Origin: an uncultured Acidobacteriota bacterium
GTDB lineage: Bacteria; Acidobacteriota; Polarisedimenticolia; JACPZX01
NCBI GenBank assembly: GCA_964400605.1
Contig: CAYNUH010000003.1
Span: 50,370-114,369, forward strand
Direction of reading: 5' to 3'
DNA length: 64,000 nt
A program made the translations under genes and the position numbers. The notes under the pieces were generated by a model. It made no database searches. It was not told the origin of the DNA and saw nothing but the letters and a program-made list of their open reading frames with translations. Shown here piece by piece: positions 49,325-58,975 of the stretch (position 1 is the first letter of the stretch; every line of letters begins with the position of its first letter).

Positions 49325-49960
49325 TCAGAGGATCTCGCTGATCACGGGCTCGCGGCTGCGAAAGGCGTAGAGCTGGGCCGGTCGGTGGGGGCCGCGGCGC
49401 TTGACGGACAGCGCCCGGAGCAGCCCCAGCGACAGCACTTTCTTGCGGAAGTTCCTCCGATCGAGACTCCGGCCGAGGATGACCTCGTACACCTCCTGAA
49501 GCTCGGCCAGAGTGAAGGACTCGGGTAGCAGGCTCCACGCGATGTTGGTGTACCCGAGCTTCGACCGCAGCCGCTGCAGCGCCGTGGCCGCCAAATCGTT
49601 GTGGTCGTAGGCGAGGCGCGGGAGGTCCTTCACCGGGTACCACCCGATGCCCGCGTACTTGGTCCCGGGGCGCAGGAAGCGGCCCCTGTGCGGGACGAGG
49701 GCGAAGTAGGCCACCGACACGACTCTTTGGATCGGGTTCCGGTCCGGCTCGCCGAACGTGTAGAGCTGCTCCAGGAAGATGTCGCTGACGCCCGTTTTCT
49801 CGAGGAGTTCCCGCCGGGCGGCCTCCTCCACCGATTCGCCGAGCCCCACGAGGCCCCCCGGGAAGGCCCAGTGTCCCGCGTGAGGGCCGGTCTTGATCTT
49901 CACCAGAAGGGCGAGGAGGCGCCCCGCGTCGATGGTGAAGACCACGACGTCCACGGCCAC
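49325..49960 (-). CDS. nrtR: NrtR-like Nudix-family transcriptional regulator of NAD metabolism
   Basis: Nudix box 'GHWAFPGGLVGLGESVEEAARRELLEKTG' and a C-terminal winged helix 'FTLAELQEVYEVILGRSLDRRNFRKKV' typical of NrtR. GTG start with AGGAG 9 nt upstream. Lies immediately downstream of nadA. Confidence 0.72.
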   Translation of the reverse strand: MAVDVVVFTIDAGRLLALLVKIKTGPHAGHWAFPGGLVGLGESVEEAARRELLEKTGVSDIFLEQLYTFGEPDRNPIQRVVSVAYFALVPHRGRFLRPGTKYAGIGWYPVKDLPRLAYDHNDLAATALQRLRSKLGYTNIAWSLLPESFTLAELQEVYEVILGRSLDRRNFRKKVLSLGLLRALSVKRRGPHRPAQLYAFRSREPVISEIL

Positions 49961-49991
49961 CCACGGATGCTCCTGGGAGCGCGCGCGCGCG

Positions 49992-50108
49992 CCGCGCCGG
50001 GAATCGGAAGGAAGGGAGGCGAGGGAGGAGCGGGAGGTCCGGCGGCGAGAGGGAGAAGGGCGTGAGGCAGGCCGCCGGGCGGAAAGAGTGGCTGGTGAGG
50101 CGGAGGAG
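49992..50108 (+). repeat. About 120-nt purine-rich (GGA/GAGG-repeat) low-complexity tract in the nadA-nrtR intergenic spacer
   Basis: 'ggaatcggaaggaagggaggcgagggaggagcgggagg...gagagggagaagggcgtgagg...gaggcggaggaggagg' on the plus strand; it reads as a C/U-rich tract on the nadA-nrtR mRNA strand. Confidence 0.7.
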
Positions 50109-50121
50109 GAGGTCGGCTCGC

Positions 50122-51146
50122 TCAGGCGCCCAGCTCGAACATCCGCCGCAGCGCCCGCTCGGCGCCGAGGCGGACCGACTCGTCGAGGGTAATCTCGTGC
50201 TTCATCGTCTCGAGAGAGGCGAGCGTCCCGTCCAGCGTGATCATCTTCATGTATGCGCACAGCTTGCAGGCCTTGTAGAACTTCTTGTCCGGGATCTCGA
50301 GCAGGAGCCGGTCGGAAAGGCCGCACTCGGTGACGACGAGGAACTCCGAGGCCTCCGAGCGGCGCGCATAGCCGATCATGCCGCTGGTGCTCAGCACCGC
50401 GTCGGCCAGAGAAAGCACGTCGGTCCGGCACTCGGGGTGGGCCAGCACGCGGATGCCGGGGATGTGCTCGCGCACCCTGCGGATCTGCTCGGGCGTGATC
50501 TGGTGGTGGACGTAGCAGTTCCCGTCCCACGAGATGATGGTCTTGCCGGTGTTGCCCTGGACGTAGTTGGCGAGGTTGCGGTCGGGGACGAACAGGATGT
50601 GGCGGCTCGGGAGGGCCTCCACGATCTTCACCGCGTTTGAGGACGTGCAGCACACGTCGGACTCGGCCTTCACCTCGGCGGTGGTGTTCACGTACGTCAC
50701 GACGGCCAGGTCGGGGTAGATCGCCTTCAGTTCGGCCTTCCTCTCCGCGAGCGCCTCGGCGGTGACGCTGTCGGCCAGGGTGCATCCGGCGTTGCGGTCG
50801 GGCAGGAGCACCGTGCGGGAAGGATTCAGGATCTTGGCGGTCTCGGCCATGAAGGCGACGCCGCACAGGACGATGACGTCGCAGTCGAACGTGGATCCCT
50901 TCTGCGCCAGCTCCAGGGAATCGCCGACGAAGTCGGCCACCTCGAAGATCTCGGGGCGCTGGTAGTTGTGGGCGAGAAGGACAGCGCGCCGCTCCTCCTT
51001 CAGGGCACGGATACGGGCGATGGTCTCGGCGTACTTCTCGCACGCGACGACGCCGTAGCGGCACTCGTCCCCCAGCGGCTCGAAGTGCCTCGAGAGCTGT
51101 CCGGCGTCGGAAAGCGCGGCGGCGGTCGCTGAGCTGGGCGTGGCGT
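50122..51146 (-). CDS. nadA: Quinolinate synthase A; full-length homology lacks a canonical start codon
   Basis: The ORF-track segment 50122..50940 starts at an internal GTG ('MADFVGDSLELA') but holds all three Fe-S Cys (CGVAFMAE, NCYVHHQ, ECGLS). Upstream in frame is '...TPSSATAAALSDAGQLSRHFEPLGDECRYGVVACEKYAETIARIRALKEERRAVLLAHNYQRPEIFE', with no ATG/GTG/TTG for 88 codons back to a TGA. GGGAGGG followed 6 nt later by ACG lies at about 51146. Confidence 0.8.
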
Positions 51147-51179
51147 GCCCTCCCGGAACACTTTGCGTAATTCGTACAC

Positions 51180-51208
51180 ATACTAGGCACGCGGCGCCGT
51201 GCTGTCAA
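51180..51208 (-). promoter_or_regulatory. Near-consensus sigma70 promoter TTGACA-N17-TAGTAT upstream of nadA, with a 5-bp inverted repeat (GCACG-n6-CGTGC) in the spacer
   Basis: Read on the minus strand. An AT-rich discriminator/leader follows ('GTGTACGAATTACGCAAAGTGTT'). Confidence 0.5.
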
Positions 51209-51258
51209 GTCTCCTCCGGGTGCGGTAGTGGGCTCCGTTACGGCGCGGTCGGGGAGGG

Positions 51259-54200
51259 CTACTTCACGGTGACGGCGATGGCGCGGGCGAGGGCGTCGCT
51301 TCCGTTGGGGCAGATGGGACTGACGCCCGGCAGATCGAGCACGAGGTCCCGTGGGCACAGCTCGGCGGTCGCCTTCCATGTTCCCGAAACCGCACCGTCG
51401 GGGAGCTTCAGCCTGAACCTTGATTCGGTTTTCTGGCCGGCGAACGCCTCCATCGTGAAGGAGACCCCTTTGCCTGCGCGGCCACCGCGGGGATTCACGA
51501 GCGTCGCGAAGCCGTCGATCCTCTCGCCTCTCCCGGTCCGGTTGAAGACGGTGAGCCCGATCTTCACGGAAGATCCGGGCTTCACGACCCCGGCGGTGTC
51601 GCCACGCGTGCGCATGGACATCGTGAGCTCCACGCCGTCGCAGGCGTCGCCGCTCATGTTCCCGTCGGCGTCCACCTGGGACGGGTTGGACACCGCGGGG
51701 CAGTTGTCGCAGGCGTCGCCGAGGCCGTCCCCGTCCTCGTCGGCCTGGGTGGGGTTGTAGACCGCGGGGCAGGAGTCGCAGGCGTCGCCCACGGCGTCGC
51801 CGTCGGAGTCGGTCTGGCCGGGGTCGGCATCGGCCGGGCAGTTGTCGTCGCAGCCCGCGTTGGCGCCGCCGGCGCACGGAAGGATCGTGTTGGGGTCCAT
51901 GTCGGCGTCCTCGGGGACGCCGTCGCCGTCGGCGTCGGGGTCGCACAGATCCCCCGCGCCGTCGGCGTCGATGTCCTTCTGTCCGGGGTTGGCCAGAAGC
52001 GGGCAGTCGTCGTCGCAGCGCCGGATGTCGCCTCCCGTGCAGGGCGCGTCGCCCGCGATCCCGCTTCCGTCGCCGTCTTCGTTGACGCCGTCCGCGTCGT
52101 CATCCTCGTCGCACACGTCTCCCTCACCGTCGAGATCGAAATTCACCTGGTTCCCCAGCAGGATCTCGTTCGGGTCCGCGGCTCCGCTGCCGTCCACGTC
52201 GCACCGGAGCGGGTCCGCGGCGCAGTCGCCGTTGCGGACTTCGGCGCAGTTGTCGCAGAGGTCGCCCACGCCGTCGCCGTCGCCGTCCGCCTGGTCGTCG
52301 TTCGAATCGCCGGGGCAGTTGTCGTCGCACCCCACGGTGGCGCCGCCGGCGCAGGTCTGCGGGACGTTCGGGTCGTTCTCCGCGATGCAATCGCCGTCGT
52401 CGCTCGCGTCGCACGCGTCGCCGCCCAGGTTGGCCGGATCGGTCCGGCAGGCGTTCGGGTCGGAGGGGAAGTCCGCGTCGCTGTCGGCGTCCGGCTGCAG
52501 CGAGTCGGGGAATAGGGCGCAGGTGTCGCAGGCGTCGCCGACGAAGTCGCCCTCCACGTCCTCCTGCGCCGGGTTGTAATCGAGAGGGCAGTTGTCGTCG
52601 CAGCCCGACACGGCGCCGCCCGTGCAGGGGGTGAGTGCCTCCACACCATCGCCGTTTCCGTCCTGGGGCACGCCGTCCCCGTCGGCGTCCAGGTCGCAGG
52701 CGTTGCCTTGCGAATCGGCGTCGAGGTTGTCCTGCCCCTGATTGAAGACGAGCCGGCAGTTGTCGTCGCACATCGTGAAGTCGCCGTTGGGATCGGGGAC
52801 GCAGGCCGAATCGCCGGCCGTGCCGCTGCCGTCCCCGTCGTCGAGGACGCCGTCGTTGTCGGCGTCGGTGTCGCAGGCGTCGCCCTCACCGTCGAAATCG
52901 GAATTGACCTGGTTTCCCAGTGCGCGCTCGGCCATGGTGGTGGTCCCGTCCCCGTTCACGTCGCAGCCGGTCGGCTCCGCCGGGAGGCAGAACCCGTTCG
53001 GCACCAAACGGCAGTTGTCGCACCGGTCGCCGATCCCATCGGAGTCCGCGTCTTCCTGAAGCGGGTTGCGGCGCACGACGCAATTGTCATCGCACCCGGA
53101 CGTGCCTCCGCCGGTGCAGGGGAGGAGCGTGTTGGGATCGCCGTCCGCGTCGTCCGGCACGCCGTCGCCGTCGCGGTCGCCGTCGCAGGCGTCGCCTTCG
53201 CGGTCGCGGTCCAGGTCGCGCTGGCTCCCCAGCGCGCGCTCCGCCAAGGTGGTCGTTCCGTCCCCGTTCACGTCGCAGCCGGTCGGCTCCTCCAGGAGGC
53301 AGAACCCGTTCGGCACGGACAGGCAGTTGTCGCACGCGTCGCCGAAGGAGTCGGCGTCCACGTCGGCCTGATCGCCGGCGGCGATCTCGTTGGGGTCGGC
53401 CGTCCCGTTGCGGTCGCCGTCGCAAAAGCGCGGGTTGATCGAGCAGTCGCCGTTGCGCCGCCGCGGGCAGTTGTCGCACAGGTCTCCCACGCCGTCGCGG
53501 TCGCGGTCCCTCTGCGTGGCGTTCGTCGTCTGCTGGCAGTTGTCGTCGCACCCCTCGAACTCCCCCGACCGGCAGGGATCGGACGTGTTTGGGTCGCCGT
53601 CCGGGTCCTCCAGGATTCCGTCGTTGTCGCGGTCCGCGTCGCAGACGTCCCCCAAGGTGTCGCGGTCCTGGTCGCGCTGATCGCCGAGGTCGATCTCCTC
53701 CGTGGACGTCTGCCCGCTCAGGTCGGTGTCGCAGAGCGGGAGGGTGGAAGGGCTGTTGGGATCGCAGGGCCCGTTCCTGAGGCCGGGGCAGTCGTCGCAG
53801 ACGTCGCCGACGGCGTCGCCGTCGCCGTCGATCTGGTTGGGGTCGAAGGCCAGCGGGCAGTTGTCGTCGCACCCCACCGTCACTCCCGACGGGCAAGGGG
53901 CGGTCGTGTTGGGGTCGCCGTCGAAGTCCGCCGGCACGCCGTCGTCATCCAGGTCGTTCGGGTCCGTGCCGGCGGGCAGCTCGAACGCCCCCACGTCCGG
54001 GGCCGCTCCGCCCGTCCGGTCACCGTCGATGGGACGCGGGTTCCCCGCGAAGTCCTCCGCCGGCAGGAGGACGAGTCTGCGGTAGAGGTTGTCCTCCCGG
54101 GTGTCCGGGTCGCCGTCCGGGCCGGGATCCACGAGGAGCACGCCGTCGGAGCCGCCGTCCAGCAGCGGGGCAGCCGGGGCGATGGCGAAGTTGGGGTCCA

Positions 54201-55335
54201 GAGCGGGATCCACGGAGCGGTTGAGGTCCAACCCGAGGGGGCTCTTCGGCCGCCCCGCCTCGTCGGGAGTGTTGCCGTGAAAATCGTTGCCGGCGACGAC
54301 GGGCTTGGCGTTCAGCACGCGCAGGCCGCCGCCGCTTCCGGCCGCGACGTTGTCCTTCACGACGTTGTTCACGATGGAGGGGCTCGTGCTCGTCTCGCTT
54401 CCCGTGTCGCCGACCACGTTGACGCCGCCGCCGCTTCCCCGCAGCGCCCGCAAACCCAGGGCCCGGTTGGCCGCGATGACGTTGTGGGTGATGAAGGGGC
54501 TGGAGCTGTAGACGTCGATGCCGCCGCCGCCGGCGTCGGCACGGTTGCCCACGATCACGTTGCTGCTGATGGCGGGGAAGGCGGCCCCGGTTTCGACGGC
54601 GATGCCGCCGCCGTAGCCGAAGTAGGCGTCCGACGACGCGAGCGCCTGGTTCCCCCGGATGGTGTTGCGGGTGATCATCGGTGATCCGCCGAAGACGGCG
54701 ATGCCGCCCCCCGATCCGCGGACGGCCCTGTTGCCGTCGATGATGTTCCCCTTCACGGTGGCCCCGCCGCCGAGGCTGAGCCCGCCCCCGCGGGAGGGCT
54801 GTGAGGAGGTCCCTCGGGCCGTGTTGCCCGTGATCCTGTTGTTGGTGATCTCGACGTCGCCTCCCAGGGAGAGGACACCGCCCGCGGCGAAGCCGACGCC
54901 GCCCGTGATGGTGAACCCATCGATCACGGTTGTGAGGAAGGCGGCCGGAATCCGGACCACGGGACCGACCCCCCCGCCGTCGATGGTCGTGACGTCTCGC
55001 CCCGATCCCTGCAGGCGGAAGCCGGTGGGCAGCGTGATGGACTCCTGGTACGTGCCCGGCCTCACCTCGATGACGTCGATCATCTCCGGGAGGAGGTTGG
55101 GATCCACGTTGGGGTCGGCGCTCAGGATCCGGATGTTGCGGGTGACGGCGCCCGTGATGGCGCCCGAGATGGTCCGGTAAGGATGGTTGGCGTCGCCGTT
55201 CTCGATGCCGGTGAGGTTGGCCGCGTCAACGAAGAAGGTGGCCGCCGGCAGAGGCCGGGCCGTCACGGCGAGCGCGCACACCCCGAGCGCGACAGCGACG
55301 AGAACGCACGCGTTCAACCTGCTCTTGCGGATCAT
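51259..55335 (-). CDS. Giant secreted protein: signal peptide + right-handed parallel beta-helix (PbH1 repeats) + at least 12 thrombospondin type-3-like Ca-binding repeats + C-terminal beta-sandwich-like domain
   Basis: ATG with GGAG RBS and signal '[26 protein letters not shown]'. PbH1-like 'ITGNTARG...[19 protein letters not shown]...NTIRGN'. Repeated 'DxDxDGxxDxxDxDPN...C..GC/CDDNC' units. The track ORF is over-extended to 55869. Confidence 0.85.
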   Translation of the reverse strand: MIRKSRLNACVLVAVALGVCALAVTARPLPAATFFVDAANLTGIENGDANHPYRTISGAITGAVTRNIRILSADPNVDPNLLPEMIDVIEVRPGTYQESITLPTGFRLQGSGRDVTTIDGGGVGPVVRIPAAFLTTVIDGFTITGGVGFAAGGVLSLGGDVEITNNRITGNTARGTSSQPSRGGGLSLGGGATVKGNIIDGNRAVRGSGGGIAVFGGSPMITRNTIRGNQALASSDAYFGYGGGIAVETGAAFPAISSNVIVGNRADAGGGGIDVYSSSPFITHNVIAANRALGLRALRGSGGGVNVVGDTGSETSTSPSIVNNVVKDNVAAGSGGGLRVLNAKPVVAGNDFHGNTPDEAGRPKSPLGLDLNRSVDPALDPNFAIAPAAPLLDGGSDGVLLVDPGPDGDPDTREDNLYRRLVLLPAEDFAGNPRPIDGDRTGGAAPDVGAFELPAGTDPNDLDDDGVPADFDGDPNTTAPCPSGVTVGCDDNCPLAFDPNQIDGDGDAVGDVCDDCPGLRNGPCDPNSPSTLPLCDTDLSGQTSTEEIDLGDQRDQDRDTLGDVCDADRDNDGILEDPDGDPNTSDPCRSGEFEGCDDNCQQTTNATQRDRDRDGVGDLCDNCPRRRNGDCSINPRFCDGDRNGTADPNEIAAGDQADVDADSFGDACDNCLSVPNGFCLLEEPTGCDVNGDGTTTLAERALGSQRDLDRDREGDACDGDRDGDGVPDDADGDPNTLLPCTGGGTSGCDDNCVVRRNPLQEDADSDGIGDRCDNCRLVPNGFCLPAEPTGCDVNGDGTTTMAERALGNQVNSDFDGEGDACDTDADNDGVLDDGDGSGTAGDSACVPDPNGDFTMCDDNCRLVFNQGQDNLDADSQGNACDLDADGDGVPQDGNGDGVEALTPCTGGAVSGCDDNCPLDYNPAQEDVEGDFVGDACDTCALFPDSLQPDADSDADFPSDPNACRTDPANLGGDACDASDDGDCIAENDPNVPQTCAGGATVGCDDNCPGDSNDDQADGDGDGVGDLCDNCAEVRNGDCAADPLRCDVDGSGAADPNEILLGNQVNFDLDGEGDVCDEDDDADGVNEDGDGSGIAGDAPCTGGDIRRCDDDCPLLANPGQKDIDADGAGDLCDPDADGDGVPEDADMDPNTILPCAGGANAGCDDNCPADADPGQTDSDGDAVGDACDSCPAVYNPTQADEDGDGLGDACDNCPAVSNPSQVDADGNMSGDACDGVELTMSMRTRGDTAGVVKPGSSVKIGLTVFNRTGRGERIDGFATLVNPRGGRAGKGVSFTMEAFAGQKTESRFRLKLPDGAVSGTWKATAELCPRDLVLDLPGVSPICPNGSDALARAIAVTVK
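51600..53950 (-). repeat. Intragenic DNA repeat region encoding TSP3-like calcium-binding repeats
   Basis: Recurring near-identical blocks, e.g. 'ggggcagttgtcgtcgcacccc' and 'gtcgcaggcgtcgccgacg', at about 51830, 52310, 52590, 53090 and 53860. Confidence 0.7.
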
Positions 55336-55460
55336 CCATCTCCGTCCGCGGCGGGCGCGCACCTTCTTGGACACCTCAGTGGAGGCTTGGTTTCCGGGTG
55401 AGAGCGATGGGAGGATCGCGGCGACGGCGCGGGAATCTAGCACAGCGCCCGCGCACCCGC

Positions 55461-56042
55461 TCAGCTCTCGACGCGCCGCGCGCCCTCCACGACGCCGTAG
55501 AGCCCCTCCTCGAGGAACAGAAGCGGGCGGAGCTGCCGGTAGCGCTCCTCCGGGTTCCCACGCAGGAGCCCCTCGTCCACGCTCACGCTGAGGATCCTCC
55601 CGAAGAGCGCCACCTCCTCGGCGTTGAATCGCTTCGAGGAATCGAGGACGCACTCCACGTGGGCTCGGCATTCCTGCACGAACGGCGGCGCGACCTTGAG
55701 CGCCGGAGTGAGGGTCCAGGCCGGCTCGTCCCCGTCCATCTCCAAGAGGAGCGTCTCGGCCGCCCCCCACACGCGCGGGCAGAGATCCTCCCCGGGGATG
55801 TTGACTACGAACTCCCGGGTCTCGAGGATGTTGATGGCCGTGCGGTGGGAGATCCGGCAGGCGAGGCACAGCGTCGGGGGCTCCGATGCGACCATCGAGA
55901 TCCAGCTCTTGGCGGCGACGTGGACCTCGCCCTGGATGCTGCGTGAGGAGACGAGGACGACCTGCCCCAGCAGCGGCGAAGGGTGCCAGGAGGCCTTGTC
56001 GGCGGGGACTTCGACCTTCTTTCCGGAGCTTCGGCGTATCAT
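55461..56042 (-). CDS. Flavin reductase-like (FMN-binding split-barrel) domain protein
   Basis: '[17 protein letters not shown]...[42 protein letters not shown]' resembles Flavin_Reduct. Internal ATG chosen. Confidence 0.72.
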   Translation of the reverse strand: MIRRSSGKKVEVPADKASWHPSPLLGQVVLVSSRSIQGEVHVAAKSWISMVASEPPTLCLACRISHRTAINILETREFVVNIPGEDLCPRVWGAAETLLLEMDGDEPAWTLTPALKVAPPFVQECRAHVECVLDSSKRFNAEEVALFGRILSVSVDEGLLRGNPEERYRQLRPLLFLEEGLYGVVEGARRVES

Positions 56043-56213
56043 GCTGGCTGCAAGCCTTTCGGGAGGATGCGCCCCGGCGGCGCAGGGAAGTGCGGGCCGC
56101 GAGGCCGGCCGGGAATGAGACATGATTCTATCAGATGCCGCCGCGCACCGCCTGGGCCGCCGGGGACGGATCCAGCCAAGGAGGTCCCGGGAAGGGCCCA
56201 CGCGGTGTGGCCC

Positions 56214-56765
56214 ATGAGGGTGATCGCCGGAGAGTTCAAGGGGAGACGGCTTCTATCCCCTCGGGGCGTCGGGACGCGTCCGACATCCGACCGGGTCCGC
56301 GAGGCGCTTTTCGACGTCATCGCGCCCAAGGTGGAGGGAGCCCTATTCCTCGACGCCTACGCCGGGACGGGAGCCGTGGGGGTCGAGGCCCTCAGCCGGG
56401 GTGCTTCGCGCAGCGTCTTCGTGGAGTGCGACCGCGGCGCCCTGCAGGCGCTGCGGGCCAACCTCGCCGCGCTGGGGATCGAGGATCGCGCCACGGTGCT
56501 CGCGGAGCCCTTCGCGCGCGCGGCGTCGAATCTGGCCCGCGAGAAGGCCCGCTTCGATCTGGTCTTCCTCGATCCTCCCTACGGGCCCGGGGAGCTCCTC
56601 CGGGCGCTGAGGCACACGGAGGCTCGGGACCTGCTTGCGCCGGGTGGGCTCGTCATCGCGGAGCACGACACGAAGTTCCTGGTCCCCGCCCTTGAGAGGA
56701 CGCTCCGGCGGGCCCGCACCCTGCGCTACGGCGGCACCGCTCTCAGCCTCTACGATCGAGGTTGA
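56214..56765 (+). CDS. rsmD: 16S rRNA (guanine966-N2)-methyltransferase
   Basis: 'MRVIAGEFKGRRLLSPRGVGTRPTSDRVREALFDVI', 'FLDAYAGTGAVGVEALSRGA', 'FLDPPY'. Confidence 0.85.
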   Translation: MRVIAGEFKGRRLLSPRGVGTRPTSDRVREALFDVIAPKVEGALFLDAYAGTGAVGVEALSRGASRSVFVECDRGALQALRANLAALGIEDRATVLAEPFARAASNLAREKARFDLVFLDPPYGPGELLRALRHTEARDLLAPGGLVIAEHDTKFLVPALERTLRRARTLRYGGTALSLYDRG

Positions 56766-56800
56766 CAGCGACGGCCGTGCTTCGTACCCTCGCGGACGGT

Positions 56801-57457
56801 ATGCCGGAGACGTTCTCGCCTAGATCCCACGCCGCGCCGTCCGCCGTACTGATCCTGATCCTCTCGCTTACCAGCGGCTGTGTCCCCTCCGCCCGGCATC
56901 AGGAGGTCGCCGCGGAGCGCGATCGCCTGGCGCGCGAGAACCTGGAACTTCGCCGATCACTGGCCGAGCAGCAGGTCCGAACGGAGGAGGCGCTGGAGGC
57001 GCTCCCGGGTTGGAGGCCGCCTCAGGCAGCGCGGGCCGATCGGCCCGTCCCTCCCGATGCGCGCGGAGTGGAGCCCGCCCCGCCGGCGCCGCCGCGGGCC
57101 GTTGCGCCGGAGGGGTTCGCTTCCTCTCCGCCCGCCATCATGGACGAGGATCTCAGGACCACGATCATCCCCGGCCCCGAGACCTCGGAGGGTGCCGAGG
57201 GGATCCTGAGAGTCGCCCGCCGCTACGCCGCGGCCGGCAGGGCGCGGGAGGCCATCGACGCCTACAACCGCCTCATCGACGACTACCCCTTCTCGCCGCT
57301 CCTTCCGGAGGCTTTTCTGGGGCGGGGGCGGCTGCGGCTTTCCGGGGGAGACAGCCGAGGCGCCCTCGCGGACTTCGACACCGTCGCCGAGGCGTTTCCG
57401 GCGAGCGGCCAGGCCCGGGAGGCCCGCAGGCAGGCTGAAATCCTCAGATCGCGCTGA
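56801..57457 (+). CDS. Lipoprotein with coiled-coil and C-terminal TPR-like region (YbgF/CpoB-like)
   Basis: Lipobox 'LSLTSGC', coiled coil 'AAERDRLARENLELRRSLAEQQVRTEE', and C-terminal 'AIDAYNRLIDDYPFSPLLPEAFLGRG'. Confidence 0.55.
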   Translation: MPETFSPRSHAAPSAVLILILSLTSGCVPSARHQEVAAERDRLARENLELRRSLAEQQVRTEEALEALPGWRPPQAARADRPVPPDARGVEPAPPAPPRAVAPEGFASSPPAIMDEDLRTTIIPGPETSEGAEGILRVARRYAAAGRAREAIDAYNRLIDDYPFSPLLPEAFLGRGRLRLSGGDSRGALADFDTVAEAFPASGQAREARRQAEILRSR

Positions 57458-57613
57458 ACACCCTTGAACGTCCCGGGACAGGCCCATATATTGGCCCGGC
57501 GGAACCATCGACCCTCGGGGAATGCTCGAGGGCCGGGTTGCAACCTCTTGACAGATTGGATGATTTCGGTACCCTGCTTGGGCCCTCCCGGAGGGGAGGT
57601 GGAGGAAAGCGCC

Positions 57614-58975
57614 ATGTCGAGTCCCCGTTCCGGTAGGCAGGCGATTCCGTTGGCCTTCTTGTTCGCGCTTTGCCTTGCTCTTTCATTTTCCTCGCCTTCG
57701 GCTCAGGAACCGGAGCAGCCCGAGCCGGAGAAGGCGGAGCCGATGAAGGCCGAGGAGATGGCACCCCCAGAGCCTGCGAAGGTGACCCCCGAGCAGATGG
57801 CCGCGGCCACCGAACATCCCAAGGGGCCCCATCACCCGCCCATGACCGGCAAGATGGTCGGCGACCACTGGACCCCCTACACGCCCCCCGACCCCGAGAG
57901 CTACCCGCTGGGATCGCAGGTCTACATCATCGTGGCGGGTGACACGCTGTGGGATCTGGCCGGGAAGTTCCTGACCAACGCCTGGCTGTGGCCGCAGCTC
58001 TGGGACGTCAACCAGTACATCACCGACTCCCACTGGATCTACCCCGGGGATCCCATCCTCGTGCCGGGCGCGCCGACCGTCATCTCGGAGGCGCCGCCTC
58101 CCGCCGCGCCCGAGCCCGTACCCGCACCGACACCCGTGGTGGAGGAGGAGCCGGAGGAGGTCGCCGAGGCGCCGCCGCCCCCCCCGCCTCTTCCGCGGCC
58201 GCCCGCGCTGGTTCCGGTGGCCCTGGATTCGGAGATCTACTGCAGCAACTTCATCACGCAGGCCTTCGAGCCGCCCGCCCTTTTCATCGAGGAAAAGGAG
58301 GAAGGGGGCAAGACGCTGCTCACCGTCGGGGACGTCGTCTTCCTCAGCCAGGGAGCGCAGTCCGGCGTCGAGGCAGGGCAGATCTACAGCGTGGTGACCC
58401 CCGAGCATGACGTCTGGCACCCCGTCCGGGCCAAGGAGCTCATCGGCACGAGCGTGCGGTCCATCGGACGGATCAAGGTTCTCGCCGTCCAGGGCGAAAG
58501 CGCCACGGCGGAGATTATAGAGGCCTGCGATGACATGGGCGTCGGCGACTACCTGATGCCGTTCGAGGAGGTGCCCGTCCCTCTGTCCACGCCCGTCGCC
58601 TTCCAGGAGTACGGTGTGGAGCTGAAAGGCGAGAATGACGGGTACATCGTCCACGTGATGGACAACAAGCTGTCGTTCGGGCAGGGGGACATCGTCAACA
58701 TCGATATGGGGACCGACAGCGGCGTGCAGCCCGGCGACGTCTTCACCATCTTCCGGGAGTGGGGCGGCGAGGTCGAGTTCGCGAGCGCTCAGAGCTACAT
58801 CGAGGGGCAGCAGCAGCGGGCCGAGAAACTGGCGAAGGAGGGCGAGGCCGTCCGCTACAGCCAGGCCATCCTCGGCCAGCTCGTCGTCATCGGCGCGAGG
58901 GAGAAGACGGCCACTGCCAAGGTCCTCGTGGCGGTTCGCGAGATGTGCGTCGGCGATCGCGTGGAGCTCAGGTAG
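57614..58975 (+). CDS. Secreted LysM-domain protein with Pro-rich linker and C-terminal beta-rich domain
   Basis: GGAGG...GGAAA RBS, a signal peptide, and LysM 'YIIVAGDTLWDLAGKFLTNAWLWPQLWDVNQYITDSHWIYPGDPILVP'. Confidence 0.7.
   Translation: MSSPRSGRQAIPLAFLFALCLALSFSSPSAQEPEQPEPEKAEPMKAEEMAPPEPAKVTPEQMAAATEHPKGPHHPPMTGKMVGDHWTPYTPPDPESYPLGSQVYIIVAGDTLWDLAGKFLTNAWLWPQLWDVNQYITDSHWIYPGDPILVPGAPTVISEAPPPAAPEPVPAPTPVVEEEPEEVAEAPPPPPPLPRPPALVPVALDSEIYCSNFITQAFEPPALFIEEKEEGGKTLLTVGDVVFLSQGAQSGVEAGQIYSVVTPEHDVWHPVRAKELIGTSVRSIGRIKVLAVQGESATAEIIEACDDMGVGDYLMPFEEVPVPLSTPVAFQEYGVELKGENDGYIVHVMDNKLSFGQGDIVNIDMGTDSGVQPGDVFTIFREWGGEVEFASAQSYIEGQQQRAEKLAKEGEAVRYSQAILGQLVVIGAREKTATAKVLVAVREMCVGDRVELR

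Noticed and set aside
49066-49341. 91-aa plus-strand ORF in the tonB/nrtR intergenic region
   Set aside because: Arg/Pro/Gly-rich and overlaps the nrtR 3' end. Kept only as part of the 'long intergenic region' observation.
50122-50940. Taking the GTG at 50940 as the true nadA start (short 272-aa NadA)
   Set aside because: About 68 in-frame upstream codons encode the conserved NadA N-terminus including LAHNYQ, so the short form is unlikely to be the native protein. Retained as the conservative alternative in the feature evidence.
52708-54684. 658-aa plus-strand ORF and several T/A/P-rich ORFs in alternative frames (e.g. 52143..52889)
   Set aside because: Lie within the repeat-rich giant beta-helix/TSP3 gene on the opposite strand or in another frame; these are artefacts of repeat and GC composition.
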